Position numbers and translations under genes: made by a program. From assembly GCA_016182495.1 (NCBI GenBank), contig JACPGK010000002.1, positions 12,581 to 76,580 of the forward strand: a DNA stretch of 64,000 nt, written 5' to 3'. Positions 47,750 through 57,695 of the stretch are shown piece by piece. The first letter of the stretch is position 1; each line of letters begins with the position of its first letter. The notes below the pieces were generated by a model that saw nothing but the letters and a program-made list of their open reading frames with translations, did no database searches and was not told the DNA's origin. The stretch comes from Candidatus Kerfeldbacteria bacterium. Its GTDB lineage: Bacteria > Patescibacteriota > Patescibacteriia > UBA9570.

Positions 47750-47765
47750 TTGTACAATACCTATC

Positions 47766-48230
47766 TTATTGCTGTTCAATGGCAGTAATCACTGGTGATT
47801 CAGGCCGTAAATTTTGCCAAAACACCACATGTTCCACATTAATAATCATGTGATTATAGGGTTGATGTAAGTCACTGGTTAATGGTACCAGTTTAATATC
47901 GGTCTTGGGTTCAGTTGTAGCATCGGCTGTTTGATCACTAGGGTCATTAGTTGGAGTACTGTTACTAGTTTGTAAATAGTACACATCAACTAACACATAC
48001 GTATCCACATTCAGTTTGGTGAGTTTCCCAAAAAAAGTTTGCCCATTATCAAGAGCAACGGCCTGATAGGTTGATTGATCAATAATGGTCCGTGGATAAA
48101 ACGTCAATAAACCGAGCTTGATTACTGCCAACACAGCTGCTAATACTACACAGCCATAGGTGATAATTAATAGTGTATCAGTTTTTTTTGCCGGAATTTT
48201 TGTGATCCGGGCTGAACTAGTTTGTCGCAT
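47766..48230 (-). CDS. Membrane-anchored hypothetical protein
   Basis: N-terminal TM, 154 aa, no motif. Confidence 0.4.
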   Translation of the reverse strand: MRQTSSARITKIPAKKTDTLLIITYGCVVLAAVLAVIKLGLLTFYPRTIIDQSTYQAVALDNGQTFFGKLTKLNVDTYVLVDVYYLQTSNSTPTNDPSDQTADATTEPKTDIKLVPLTSDLHQPYNHMIINVEHVVFWQNLRPESPVITAIEQQ

Positions 48231-48271
48231 TGGCGTAGAAAAAGTTATGTTGTTATACTATTGCTACTAGT

Positions 48272-51200
48272 ATGGCATTTACTCACTTACATGTCCACAG
48301 TCATTATTCATTGTTAGATGGATTACCAAAAATTGATGCGCTAGTGCAGCAAGCTCACCAACTTGGTATGACCAGTTTGGCACTGACTGACCATGGTTCT
48401 TTATATGGTGCGATTGAATTTTATCAGGCTTGTCGGCGTCGTCAGCTCAAGCCAATTATTGGGACCGAATTATATGTAGCGCAACGCTCCAGATTCGATA
48501 AACAGCCGCGGCTGGATGATCGGCCCTACCATTTAGTGGTATTAGCAGAAACTACCGAGGGCTACTATAATTTACTGCGTTTAATTAGCCAGGCGCACCT
48601 CGAAGGTTTTTATTATAAACCACGAGTTGATTTTGATTTGTTACAACAATACCATACTGGTTTGATTGCTTTAAGCGCTTGTCTCAATGGACAAGTTGCT
48701 CGCACTATTTTACAACATGATGTGGCACATGCCAAAACAGTGGTACAGCAGTATCAAACTATTTTTGGAGCCAATAATTTTTTTCTCGAGGTACAACAGC
48801 ATCCGTCGTTACCCGAACAGGAAATCGTCAACACCGCTCTACGTGCCTTGAGCGCCGATACCACTGCGTCATTAGTAGCAACGGCCGATAGTCACTATTT
48901 AACTCCAAATGATGCCGAAGCTCAAGACATTTTGGTATGTATTCAAACAAAAAAATTATTAAGTGATACCAAACGACTATCAATGCGGCAAGAAAATTAT
49001 TCCTTAGCATCAGCTGATGAAATGGCTGAACGCTTTAGGGCTTGGCCAGAGGCCTACGCCATGACCGAAACGATTGCTGCCCGTTGTTCGATTGATATAT
49101 CGCTTGGTCAAATTCATATCCCCCATTATGCTCTACCATCAGGCCAAACAGCTGACCAAGCGCTAGCTAATTTATGCCAAATCGGATTACAACAACGTTA
49201 TGCAGCTGCTATTACTACAACCATTCAAGACCGCTTAGCCTATGAATTAGATATCATTCATAAAACTGGTTACGCATCGTATTTTTTGATCGTGCAAGAT
49301 TTTGTCAATTGGGCTAAACAGAACCATATTGTGGTAGGACCCGGACGTGGTAGCGCCGCTGGTAGCATTGTGGCGTACCTTACTGGCATTACTGCAATTG
49401 ACCCAATAAAATATGATCTATTGTTTGAGCGTTTTTTAAATCCGGAACGCGTCAGTATGCCTGATATTGATTTAGACTTCGCTGATACTCGTCGAGCTGA
49501 AGTGCTTAACTATGTTGAATCAAAATATGGATCAGATCATGTTGCCCAGATTATTACGTTTGGAACAATGGCGGCGCGAGCAGCCGTGCGTGATGTTGGT
49601 CGGGTGCTGGGACTTAATTATGGATTTTGTGACATGGTGGCTAAGTTGATACCGCTGTTTACTAGTTTAGAGCAAGCCCTGAAACAGGTGCCTGAATTAC
49701 AAACCTTGTATCAATCTGACCCAGATGCGTTGCGGTTACTCGACGGGGCGATTAAATTAGAAGGCGTAGCTCGCCATACCTCAACGCATGCCTGTGGGGT
49801 AGTAATCACCAAAGAACCGCTAGATCATTATACCCCAATTCAATATTCCAGCAGTGATAACCACGATGTAGTGACGCAATACTCACTTCATGCGATTGAA
49901 GATCTTGGATTATTAAAAATGGACTTTCTTGGTTTAAAAAATTTAACCATTATTGAGCAAACCATCGAATTAATAGAAAAAACTACTGGTGAACAGATTG
50001 TGATCAATGATGTCCCGTTAGATGATAAAGCGACCTATCGTTTATTACAACGTGGTCAAACTACTGGTATTTTTCAACTGGAAAGTCAGGGTATGAAACG
50101 ATGCTTACGTGATCTTAAGCCTACTGAATTTGAAGATATTATTGCCATGGTAGCTCTCTATCGGCCTGGTCCGATGGAACGTATTCCAGAGTACATTGAT
50201 AGTAAACATGGTCGACGCCAAACATACTATTTACATCCCTTATTAAAACCAATTTTGCAAAAAACCTATGGTATTCTAGTCTATCAAGAACAAGTGATGG
50301 CCTTGGTACGTGATTTAGCCGGTTTTACCGCCGGTGAAGGGTATTTATTGATTAAAGCAGTGGCTAAAAAAATTAGCTCGTTACTCAATGAACAAAAAAA
50401 TAAATTTATTAGTGGCTGTCAACGTAATGGCATTGATCAACGCATTGCCGACCAACTCTGGGAATTTATTGAACCATTTGCCCGTTATGGTTTCAATAAA
50501 TCACATTCTACTGGTTACGCCTTAATCGCCTATCAAACCGCCTATTTAAAAGCCCACTATCCAGCTCAATTTATGGCTAGTTTGTTAACGTCAGATCAAA
50601 GTGATTCGGATCGTATTGCGATAGAAGTGCAAGAAGCTCGTGAAGTTGCTATTGCAGTACTTCCACCTGATGTCAATGAAAGTTTTTCTACTTTTACAGT
50701 GGTGAAAGAAAGTTTGCCAGGTACCCCCCGTATTCGATTTGGTTTAGCGGCTATAAAAAACGTCGGTCAAAATGTGATTAATTGTATTATCACCGAACGC
50801 AAGACCAATGGACCCTATCAAAGTATAGAAAATTTCTTAAATCGTATTCATCATAAAGATCTCAATCGAAAATCTCTGGAGAGCTTAATTAAATCGAGTG
50901 CCATGGATGTAGTAGGTGATACTGCCACTTTGCTGAATAATTTAGATCGATTATTAGAGTATAATCGATCAGCCCAACAAGAACGTTTAACTGGACAAGC
51001 TAATCTATTCAGTCATTTACCTCAACACAGTATTCCTAAATTACGGCTGGTAGCAACCCCACCATTACCGCAAGCTCAACGATTAGCTTGGGAAAAAGAT
51101 CTACTAGGTTTATATGTATCAGCCCATCCGTTGGAACAAGTTTTTAATAAATTACCGCCCGGTATAATCGCCTTGCAGCCAGCTATGCAAGCACGACATA

Positions 51201-51457
51201 ACAGTGATATTAAAGCGCTTGGTTTAGTTAACCAACTAAAACGTATCACCACGAAAAAAGGTGAGGCAATGATGTTTTTACAATTAGAGGATCCGACCGC
51301 TGCTTGTGAGGTGATTATTTTCCCATCAAGTATCAATAAAGTTAAAACTGTCCTCCATGATGGAGATAGCATCGTGGTGACCGGCAAGTTGACGAAACGC
51401 AACGGTGAGACAAAAATCATAGCGGATCAAGTGGAGGCCTTTAAGCTTTTGCAGTAA
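48272..51457 (+). CDS. dnaE: DNA polymerase III alpha subunit
   Basis: PHP domain HLHVHSHYSLLDG, polymerase core, OB fold; 1061 aa. Confidence 0.9.
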   Translation: MAFTHLHVHSHYSLLDGLPKIDALVQQAHQLGMTSLALTDHGSLYGAIEFYQACRRRQLKPIIGTELYVAQRSRFDKQPRLDDRPYHLVVLAETTEGYYNLLRLISQAHLEGFYYKPRVDFDLLQQYHTGLIALSACLNGQVARTILQHDVAHAKTVVQQYQTIFGANNFFLEVQQHPSLPEQEIVNTALRALSADTTASLVATADSHYLTPNDAEAQDILVCIQTKKLLSDTKRLSMRQENYSLASADEMAERFRAWPEAYAMTETIAARCSIDISLGQIHIPHYALPSGQTADQALANLCQIGLQQRYAAAITTTIQDRLAYELDIIHKTGYASYFLIVQDFVNWAKQNHIVVGPGRGSAAGSIVAYLTGITAIDPIKYDLLFERFLNPERVSMPDIDLDFADTRRAEVLNYVESKYGSDHVAQIITFGTMAARAAVRDVGRVLGLNYGFCDMVAKLIPLFTSLEQALKQVPELQTLYQSDPDALRLLDGAIKLEGVARHTSTHACGVVITKEPLDHYTPIQYSSSDNHDVVTQYSLHAIEDLGLLKMDFLGLKNLTIIEQTIELIEKTTGEQIVINDVPLDDKATYRLLQRGQTTGIFQLESQGMKRCLRDLKPTEFEDIIAMVALYRPGPMERIPEYIDSKHGRRQTYYLHPLLKPILQKTYGILVYQEQVMALVRDLAGFTAGEGYLLIKAVAKKISSLLNEQKNKFISGCQRNGIDQRIADQLWEFIEPFARYGFNKSHSTGYALIAYQTAYLKAHYPAQFMASLLTSDQSDSDRIAIEVQEAREVAIAVLPPDVNESFSTFTVVKESLPGTPRIRFGLAAIKNVGQNVINCIITERKTNGPYQSIENFLNRIHHKDLNRKSLESLIKSSAMDVVGDTATLLNNLDRLLEYNRSAQQERLTGQANLFSHLPQHSIPKLRLVATPPLPQAQRLAWEKDLLGLYVSAHPLEQVFNKLPPGIIALQPAMQARHNSDIKALGLVNQLKRITTKKGEAMMFLQLEDPTAACEVIIFPSSINKVKTVLHDGDSIVVTGKLTKRNGETKIIADQVEAFKLLQ

Positions 51458-51477
51458 TTTGCTATACTTTTGCCCAG

Positions 51478-52581
51478 ATGGCTAAACCTGCAAAAAGTCC
51501 CAAATTACCACCACAGCACATTCATCGGGTTTTTTCGCCAGTGATGTTAGGTTCTATGGTGCTATGTGTAGCATTAGTTGGTACCGTAGCCTATTTGGCT
51601 TTTACCAAAACTACTATTACTGTCACATTAAATCGAGTGGCTAATGATTATTCGTTTGAATTTTCAGCCGATGAACTAGATGCCGAAATTGTCAGCCGTG
51701 ATGTAACCACTACCTATGACGTTAATAATTTTTCAGAGGGTGAACGTATTCCAGAAGTAGCCACTGGTGAAGTGACGCTTTACAACACGCATACAGTTGA
51801 TCAACCCTTGGTAAAAACCACTCGGCTATTATCGCAAGACGGAGTACTGTTTCGTACTAACGAAACAGTGGTTGTGCCGGCGGGCGATTCAGTGACTGTA
51901 GCAGTATATGCCGATGCCGTGGGTGAGGCTGGCAATATTCCCCCGAGCAGTTTTACCATTGTAGCGTTGCGTGAAACTTTGCAGGAATTAATTTATGCCA
52001 AAAGTACCACCGCTATGACCGGTGGCATTGTGACAGAAGTGACTGTCACGGAAGCAACCATTAACGAAGCCATTGCCACCACTGAAAAACAACTTCGTCA
52101 GATCGCCGCTGATGTGTTACATGATCAAGCCCAAACTGATGCCATTACTATTACTCCGAATACTGTATGGTTGACTACGCCTGATTATACTACCAGTCCC
52201 GAGCTTGGTGGCGTAACGCGAGCCATTACCGTAACAGCTTCTGCTACCGCCACTGGTTTAGCCTTTGATCGCGATAAGTTGATTAATATGATTGAACAAG
52301 AGACCGGCGGCACTGTAAAAAAGAAAAATTTCTCTTTTGACGTTACTGTATCACCAGATACTACTATCATGGTGAGTGGTCGAGCAAAGGTGGTTCAAGC
52401 TGATGATGATTTAAGCTTTATTGATAAGAAAAAACTAGTCAATAAAGCAGAATCTGAAGTACGTCAATATTTAAAAAACTATAGTCAAGTTGATGATGTT
52501 GGTATTCAATTTTCTCCATTTTGGCTAAAAACTACCCCGGCCCTAGAGCGTAACATTATTATTCAAGCTCAAACTAAATAA
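51478..52581 (+). CDS. Membrane-anchored hypothetical protein
   Basis: N-terminal TM (MLGSMVLCVALVGTVAYLAF), Thr/Val-rich beta-type extracytoplasmic region. Confidence 0.4.
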   Translation: MAKPAKSPKLPPQHIHRVFSPVMLGSMVLCVALVGTVAYLAFTKTTITVTLNRVANDYSFEFSADELDAEIVSRDVTTTYDVNNFSEGERIPEVATGEVTLYNTHTVDQPLVKTTRLLSQDGVLFRTNETVVVPAGDSVTVAVYADAVGEAGNIPPSSFTIVALRETLQELIYAKSTTAMTGGIVTEVTVTEATINEAIATTEKQLRQIAADVLHDQAQTDAITITPNTVWLTTPDYTTSPELGGVTRAITVTASATATGLAFDRDKLINMIEQETGGTVKKKNFSFDVTVSPDTTIMVSGRAKVVQADDDLSFIDKKKLVNKAESEVRQYLKNYSQVDDVGIQFSPFWLKTTPALERNIIIQAQTK

Positions 52582-52592
52582 TTTGATCAGAT

Positions 52593-54347
52593 ATGTCGGA
52601 ACATCCACCCCTTTATAATGAACGGCATTCGGCGGCCCATTTATTGGCAGCCGCGGCTTTGGAATTATTTCCTGGCACTCAATTAGGTACTGGTCCGGTA
52701 ACCGCTACTGGATTTTACTATGATATGCTACTCCCCCGCCCTATTGTTGAAGCGGATTTAGGCAAGTTAGAAACGATCATGTGCCGACTGATGACTGAAG
52801 GGCATCAGTTTATGTGTCAGCCAGTCACTGCACAGGCAGCTACACAATTTTTTCATGATCAACCCTTTAAACAAGAGTTGGTTGATAAATTTGCTCAACA
52901 GCAACGTGCTTTAACTTTGTACAAAACTGGTTCATTTACCGATTTGTGTGAAGGTGGCCATGTGGTTAATACTAGCCAACTTGATCCGAAAGCTTTTCGC
53001 TTAACCAAACTGGCTGGGGCCTATTGGCAAGCTGATGAAACTCGTCCACAACTTACTCGTATTTACGGTGTACTATTTCAATCAGAGGTTGACTTAAAAA
53101 ATTATTTTGAACAGCAAGCTCAAGCCGAACTGCGGGATCATCGCAAACTAGGAAAAGAACTAGACTTGTTTATTTTTTCAGAATTAATTGGGCCGGGTTT
53201 GCCGGTATATACTCCAAAAGGGGCCAAATTGCGCCGTTTAATTCAAGAATTATCTCGTGAACAGCGTGAGTTAATTGGGTATGAAGAAGTGCACACACCT
53301 AATATCAATAAAGCGGAATTGTTTAAGATCTCTGGTCATTATGATAAATATAAAAATGACATGCTGGCAGTGCATTCAAATTATTCAACGGAAGAATATT
53401 TTTTGAAACCAATGAACTGTCCCCAACACACTCAAGTATTTGCCGCTCAATTGCGTAGTTATAAAGATTTGCCATTACGTTTAGCTGATTTCGCTAACTT
53501 GTATCGTGATGAAAAGCCGGGTGAATTATCTGGGCTTACTCGGTTGCGAGCTTTTTCACAAGATGATGCTCATTGTTTTTGTCGCGAAGATCAAATTACC
53601 GAAGAATTTTCTCGAGTATTGAAAGCGATTGAAACGGAATTGACTATTTATGGTATGGAATATTATGTCCGTTTATCAATTTGGGATCCAGCCCATAAAG
53701 AAAAATTTCTGGGTGATGAAACGGTCTGGGATAAAGCGCAAACCTTGTTACAGGGTTTATTAGATGATCGCAAATTGAATTATGTTATTGGTGAAGGTGA
53801 AGCTGCTTTTTATGGCCCTAAAATGGATTTTATTGCTAAAGACTCACTTGGTCGAGAGTGGCAAATTTCTACTATTCAGATTGATTTTAATATGCCACAG
53901 CGTTTTGGTTTAGAATATATTACCGCTGATGGTTCTAGCCAAACTCCAGTGATGATTCATAGTGCCTTAGTTGGTTCACCCGAACGGTTTTTAGCAATTT
54001 TAATTGAACACTACGGTGGTAATTTTCCAACCTGGTTAGCGCCAGTGCACGTTAGCCTACTAGCAGTTAGTGAAAAACATAATCAGTACTGTTTACAATT
54101 AGCTGAACAGTTCAAAGTAGCCGGACTGCGGGTGACAGTTAATACTGATAACGAAACGGTTGGTAATAAAATTCGTAAAGCCACGAAAGATAAAACTCCA
54201 TATCTGGTGGTGATTGGTGATAAAGAAATCGAATCTCAACAATTAGCACTACGTAAACGGGGTAGTAAGGATACTACTACGATAACGCTGGCTGATTTTA
54301 TAGGCTATGTACAAACCAAAATACAGCAGCGTGATTTGACAGTGTGA
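52593..54347 (+). CDS. thrS: Threonyl-tRNA synthetase (no N-terminal TGS domain)
   Basis: Begins in N2 editing domain (HSAAHLLAAA), class II core, C-terminal anticodon-binding domain; 584 aa. Confidence 0.85.
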   Translation: MSEHPPLYNERHSAAHLLAAAALELFPGTQLGTGPVTATGFYYDMLLPRPIVEADLGKLETIMCRLMTEGHQFMCQPVTAQAATQFFHDQPFKQELVDKFAQQQRALTLYKTGSFTDLCEGGHVVNTSQLDPKAFRLTKLAGAYWQADETRPQLTRIYGVLFQSEVDLKNYFEQQAQAELRDHRKLGKELDLFIFSELIGPGLPVYTPKGAKLRRLIQELSREQRELIGYEEVHTPNINKAELFKISGHYDKYKNDMLAVHSNYSTEEYFLKPMNCPQHTQVFAAQLRSYKDLPLRLADFANLYRDEKPGELSGLTRLRAFSQDDAHCFCREDQITEEFSRVLKAIETELTIYGMEYYVRLSIWDPAHKEKFLGDETVWDKAQTLLQGLLDDRKLNYVIGEGEAAFYGPKMDFIAKDSLGREWQISTIQIDFNMPQRFGLEYITADGSSQTPVMIHSALVGSPERFLAILIEHYGGNFPTWLAPVHVSLLAVSEKHNQYCLQLAEQFKVAGLRVTVNTDNETVGNKIRKATKDKTPYLVVIGDKEIESQQLALRKRGSKDTTTITLADFIGYVQTKIQQRDLTV

Positions 54348-54408
54348 TTTTTTTTATATATACTTTTCCCGCTTCGCGTTAAGGAAGACGCGAGCAAGCG
54401 AGGGCTCG

Positions 54409-54642
54409 ATGACGCCAATGAAGGCTCTCGAGCAGTCTATCGCCCACTACCAGTTGCGCTTCGGCTTGTCTGAAACGCTGCTGCTGTGGGAGATGCGTAA
54501 CCTGGCGTTCGCCTACCACTATGGGGATGCCAACCTGGCTACCCTGACGGGTTGGCGAGATGACCGGCTGGTTGCGAACACGCTGGAATATGCGTTGTTC
54601 AACAACTGGCTCCAGGTTCTGCTGCATCTCTGTGCGCGATAG
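54409..54642 (+). CDS. Small GC-rich ORF (77 aa) of unknown function inside a compositionally foreign insert
   Basis: GAGGG SD 5 nt upstream; CTG/GCG-rich codon usage unlike host; followed by strong terminator. Confidence 0.4.
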   Translation: MTPMKALEQSIAHYQLRFGLSETLLLWEMRNLAFAYHYGDANLATLTGWRDDRLVANTLEYALFNNWLQVLLHLCAR

Positions 54643-54648
54643 ACTCGC

Positions 54649-55668
54649 TCACTGGTAGCCGCTCGGAGTTGGAAGACTTCGGGCGGCTACCACATATTTT
54701 TGTTCGTACTGCTGTACAATAGCGGCGTTCCCGGCGATCATTGGATATTTTTGATGCAATTGGCTTGGAGTAATATCTAAAATATTACGCTGTCCATCAG
54801 TGGCATAACCGCCGGCTTGTTCTACAATAAAAGCTAATGGTTTAAGTTCGTAGTTTAAACGCAGTTTAGCCTGGCGCTTACTGGCGTTATCATAAGGCCG
54901 AAAATAGAGCCCACCTTTAAGTAAGTTACGATGAATATCCGCTACTAAGGAACCAATATGACGGGAAGTAGCCTGTGGAGTAGTACGCTTAAAATCCTCT
55001 AAAAATTTTTGTGATACAGCATCCCAGGTGTGAGCGTAAGCTTCGTTGGCAGAATACACTTGGCATTGCTGCGGAATAGTGATGCGATGATGGGATAATA
55101 ACCATTCCCCAATACTAGGATCAAGCGTAAAGCCATGCACTCCGTGACCAGTGGAATATACCAACATAGTACTGGAGCCGTATAAAATGTAACCAGCGGC
55201 TACTTGAGCATGGCCAGGTTGTAAAAAATCCGCCAATGTGCCAGGCCCGATATTTGATAGTCGGCGATGAATTGAAAAAATTGTGCCAATTGATACGTTA
55301 AAATCAATATTCGATGAGCCGTCGAGTGGATCAAAAGCAATCACATAGTTGGCTTGAGCTGACTGTGGTAGCGGTACAATGTCGGTTTCTTCTTCCGAGG
55401 CAATGGCGCAAAAATGTTGTGTTTTGGAAAGATAATTAATAAATAATTCGTTAGCCAGCACATCTAGTTTTTTTACTTGATCACCAGAAGTATTTTCTAA
55501 ACCGGCATCACCTAAAATACCAACCAAGCCGGCTTTATTGACTTCCCGTGAGATAGTTTTACCAACTACTCCTAAATCAAGCAAAATATTGGAAAACTCT
55601 CCGGTACCGCCATGTTCGGCTTCTTGCTCCAGCACAAATTGCGATAAGGTAGGATGTTCTAATTTCAT
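54649..55668 (-). CDS. fbp: Fructose-1,6-bisphosphatase class 1
   Basis: DPLDGSSNIDFNVSIGTIFSI metal-binding motif, overall FBPase I collinearity; C-terminal 12 aa encoded by GC-rich hairpin DNA. Confidence 0.85.
   Translation of the reverse strand: MKLEHPTLSQFVLEQEAEHGGTGEFSNILLDLGVVGKTISREVNKAGLVGILGDAGLENTSGDQVKKLDVLANELFINYLSKTQHFCAIASEEETDIVPLPQSAQANYVIAFDPLDGSSNIDFNVSIGTIFSIHRRLSNIGPGTLADFLQPGHAQVAAGYILYGSSTMLVYSTGHGVHGFTLDPSIGEWLLSHHRITIPQQCQVYSANEAYAHTWDAVSQKFLEDFKRTTPQATSRHIGSLVADIHRNLLKGGLYFRPYDNASKRQAKLRLNYELKPLAFIVEQAGGYATDGQRNILDITPSQLHQKYPMIAGNAAIVQQYEQKYVVAARSLPTPSGYQ
54653..54705 (+). terminator. Rho-independent terminator (about 17-bp stem incl. wobbles, 8-nt loop, then ACATATTTTTGTT)
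   Basis: TGGTAGCCGCTCGGAG..CTTCGGGCGGCTACCA hairpin 54653-54692 plus U-tract; overlaps last 12 codons of minus-strand fbp. Confidence 0.55.
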
Positions 55669-55670
55669 AC

Positions 55671-55700
55671 TTGCCTAGTATACTAGAAAGCGGCTATAAT
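55671..55700 (+). promoter_or_regulatory. Sigma-70-like promoter TTGCCT-N18-TATAAT upstream of miaB
   Basis: -35 55671-55676, -10 55695-55700, ATG 55712. Confidence 0.5.
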
Positions 55701-55711
55701 TTCAACGCTTT

Positions 55712-57001
55712 ATGAAAACTTACTATGTTTGGCCACTGGGCTGTCAAACTAATAAATCTGATGGTGAACGGGTGGCCACTGTATTAGAACGTTTAGGCTA
55801 TCACCGGGTTCATGATGAGAGTAACGCCAATGTGATTGCGGTGATTGCCTGTGCTATTCGTCAATCGGCGGTAGATCGTATTTACGGTAAATTTCGACAG
55901 TGGGAACAACGCCAACAAGCCGGTGACCTAACAACTATACTGACTGGCTGTGTGTTGCCACATGATAAACAAAAACTTACTCCCAAATTTGATCTAGTGT
56001 TTGATATTGAAGATTTACCGCGCTTACCATTATTATTGGCCCAAACCACCGTTGAAGAAACTGTTAATCTGCGGGACAAAATGGAATACTTTGATATCGA
56101 ACCATTGCATAATTCTGCCTTTCGAGCTTGGGTGCCAATTGCTAAAGGCTGTGATAAATTTTGCACCTACTGCGCCGTGCCGTACACCCGTGGGCGTGAA
56201 CGATCGCGACCATCAACTGATATTATTACTGAAGTAAAAAAATATATTGAGCGAGGTTATAAAGATATTCATTTGCTTGGTCAAAATGTGAATTCGTATG
56301 GTTTGGATAAGCCTGGTCAAGAACTACGGTTCGCTGAATTACTGACCGCCGTAGCTCAATTAGAGGGCGATTTTTGGATACGATTCCATGCGCCACATCC
56401 ACGCGATTTCACGGCTGACGTTATTGCCGCTATTGCTAACTATCCAAAACTCTGTAAACAAATTAATTTACCGGCTCAATCTGGTAACAATCAACTATTG
56501 CGCCGGATGAATCGACCGTATACTCGGGAAAAGTATCTAGCATTAATTGATGCCATTAAAGCTGGCATACCAAATGTATCGTTATCAACTGATATTATTG
56601 TTGGTTTTTGCGGAGAAACTGACGAACAATTTCAGGACAGTAAAACATTAATGGAATATGTTAAATATGATATGGCTTTTATTGCTCAATATTCAGTCCG
56701 ACCTGGTACAGTAGCAGCCCGCCGTTTTACTGATGATGTGCCAGTTGCCGAAAAAAAACAACGTGAGCAAACATTAACCGCAGTGCTCAAGCGCACCTTT
56801 CAGGAAAATCAACTGCCACGACTTGGTCAAACTCACCGCGTGCTGGTAGAAAAGTATTCTAAGGATCATTGGCTGGGCCGAAATGAGCATCAAGTGACGA
56901 TTGAATTTCAAGCGCCAGCTGATGCTCCCCTGGTTGGGACGTTCCAAAATATCAAACTTAATTCCGTTGAACCGTTTAGATTTGTAGGTATAATACAATA
57001 A
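55712..57001 (+). CDS. miaB: Radical-SAM methylthiotransferase, MiaB/RimO family
   Basis: N-terminal MTTase Cys triad (GCQTN..C..C), radical SAM CDKFCTYCAV, C-terminal TRAM. Confidence 0.75.
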   Translation: MKTYYVWPLGCQTNKSDGERVATVLERLGYHRVHDESNANVIAVIACAIRQSAVDRIYGKFRQWEQRQQAGDLTTILTGCVLPHDKQKLTPKFDLVFDIEDLPRLPLLLAQTTVEETVNLRDKMEYFDIEPLHNSAFRAWVPIAKGCDKFCTYCAVPYTRGRERSRPSTDIITEVKKYIERGYKDIHLLGQNVNSYGLDKPGQELRFAELLTAVAQLEGDFWIRFHAPHPRDFTADVIAAIANYPKLCKQINLPAQSGNNQLLRRMNRPYTREKYLALIDAIKAGIPNVSLSTDIIVGFCGETDEQFQDSKTLMEYVKYDMAFIAQYSVRPGTVAARRFTDDVPVAEKKQREQTLTAVLKRTFQENQLPRLGQTHRVLVEKYSKDHWLGRNEHQVTIEFQAPADAPLVGTFQNIKLNSVEPFRFVGIIQ

Positions 57002-57041
57002 TGTAACTTAAGAATTCCAGAACTGCTTGATTAACAGTTCT

Positions 57042-57326
57042 CTAGCGATGTTGCTGCAAAAAAGAGACCTGTAATTCAGCATTAAAAGCAGACGCAACCT
57101 TTCGTAAAAAAGCCAAAGTGGGATTATACGTACCACGTTCTAAGCGAGCGATGGCTGATTGCTGAGTACCAATCTTTTTAGCCATCTGTGCTTGCGTAAG
57201 ACCTTGCTGATTACGTTTAGTAATAATAAGCTCAATCAATTTATATTCGGGTCCCAGCTCTTGGTAGGCATTTTTTATTTGCTTATCTTTGAGTAATTGT
57301 TTTTTAAAGTCTTTATAATTTTTCAT
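57042..57326 (-). CDS. XRE-family HTH antitoxin (HigA-like)
   Basis: 94 aa, HTH LTQAQMAKKIGTQQSAIARLERG; immediately downstream of Gp49/HigB-like toxin gene. Confidence 0.7.
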   Translation of the reverse strand: MKNYKDFKKQLLKDKQIKNAYQELGPEYKLIELIITKRNQQGLTQAQMAKKIGTQQSAIARLERGTYNPTLAFLRKVASAFNAELQVSFLQQHR

Positions 57327-57380
57327 ACATTTATATTCATAGAATTATCACATATAAGTATATATAACGTATATGTTATA

Positions 57381-57686
57381 TTATGTCAAGGAGAGTATTT
57401 TACTTAGAGCTAATTTTAACTCTTTTTGAGGAGTTTTTTGACTTTTTTTGATAAAAGCATGAACAAGTAACGCTTTGCCGTGACTGAAAATATAAAAAAT
57501 ACGAACTTCTTGCCGCCCTCGAATTCTTAGTTCAAAAAAACCATCTCTCATCTTTTTACTATGAGGCATACCTAAACGGTGACCGAAGTGCTCTAACAAG
57601 TCAATTGTTCTTAAAATTTTAGCGATCGTACTACTTTCAAGTGAATGAACGAAATCTTCAACATCAGTTGTTAGTTGAATATCCAT
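57381..57686 (-). CDS. RelE/ParE-superfamily toxin, Gp49/HigB-like
   Basis: 101 aa; ELRIRGRQEVRIFYIFSHGKALLVHAFIKKSQKTPQKEL matches Gp49-like (DUF891) toxin consensus. Confidence 0.7.
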   Translation of the reverse strand: MDIQLTTDVEDFVHSLESSTIAKILRTIDLLEHFGHRLGMPHSKKMRDGFFELRIRGRQEVRIFYIFSHGKALLVHAFIKKSQKTPQKELKLALSKILSLT

Positions 57687-57695
57687 AATATACTA

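Noticed and set aside
54379-54627. 82-aa minus-strand ORF antisense to the small GC-rich ORF
   Set aside because: It lies entirely antisense within the better-supported plus-strand ORF, which has an SD and a downstream terminator in the correct orientation. It is Arg/Gln-rich as expected from GC-rich antisense frames.
57327-57380. Possible operator palindrome in the higB-higA spacer (tatatataacgtatat)
   Set aside because: It is an imperfect dyad in very AT-rich DNA where such near-palindromes arise by chance. It is mentioned only as context in the TA finding.
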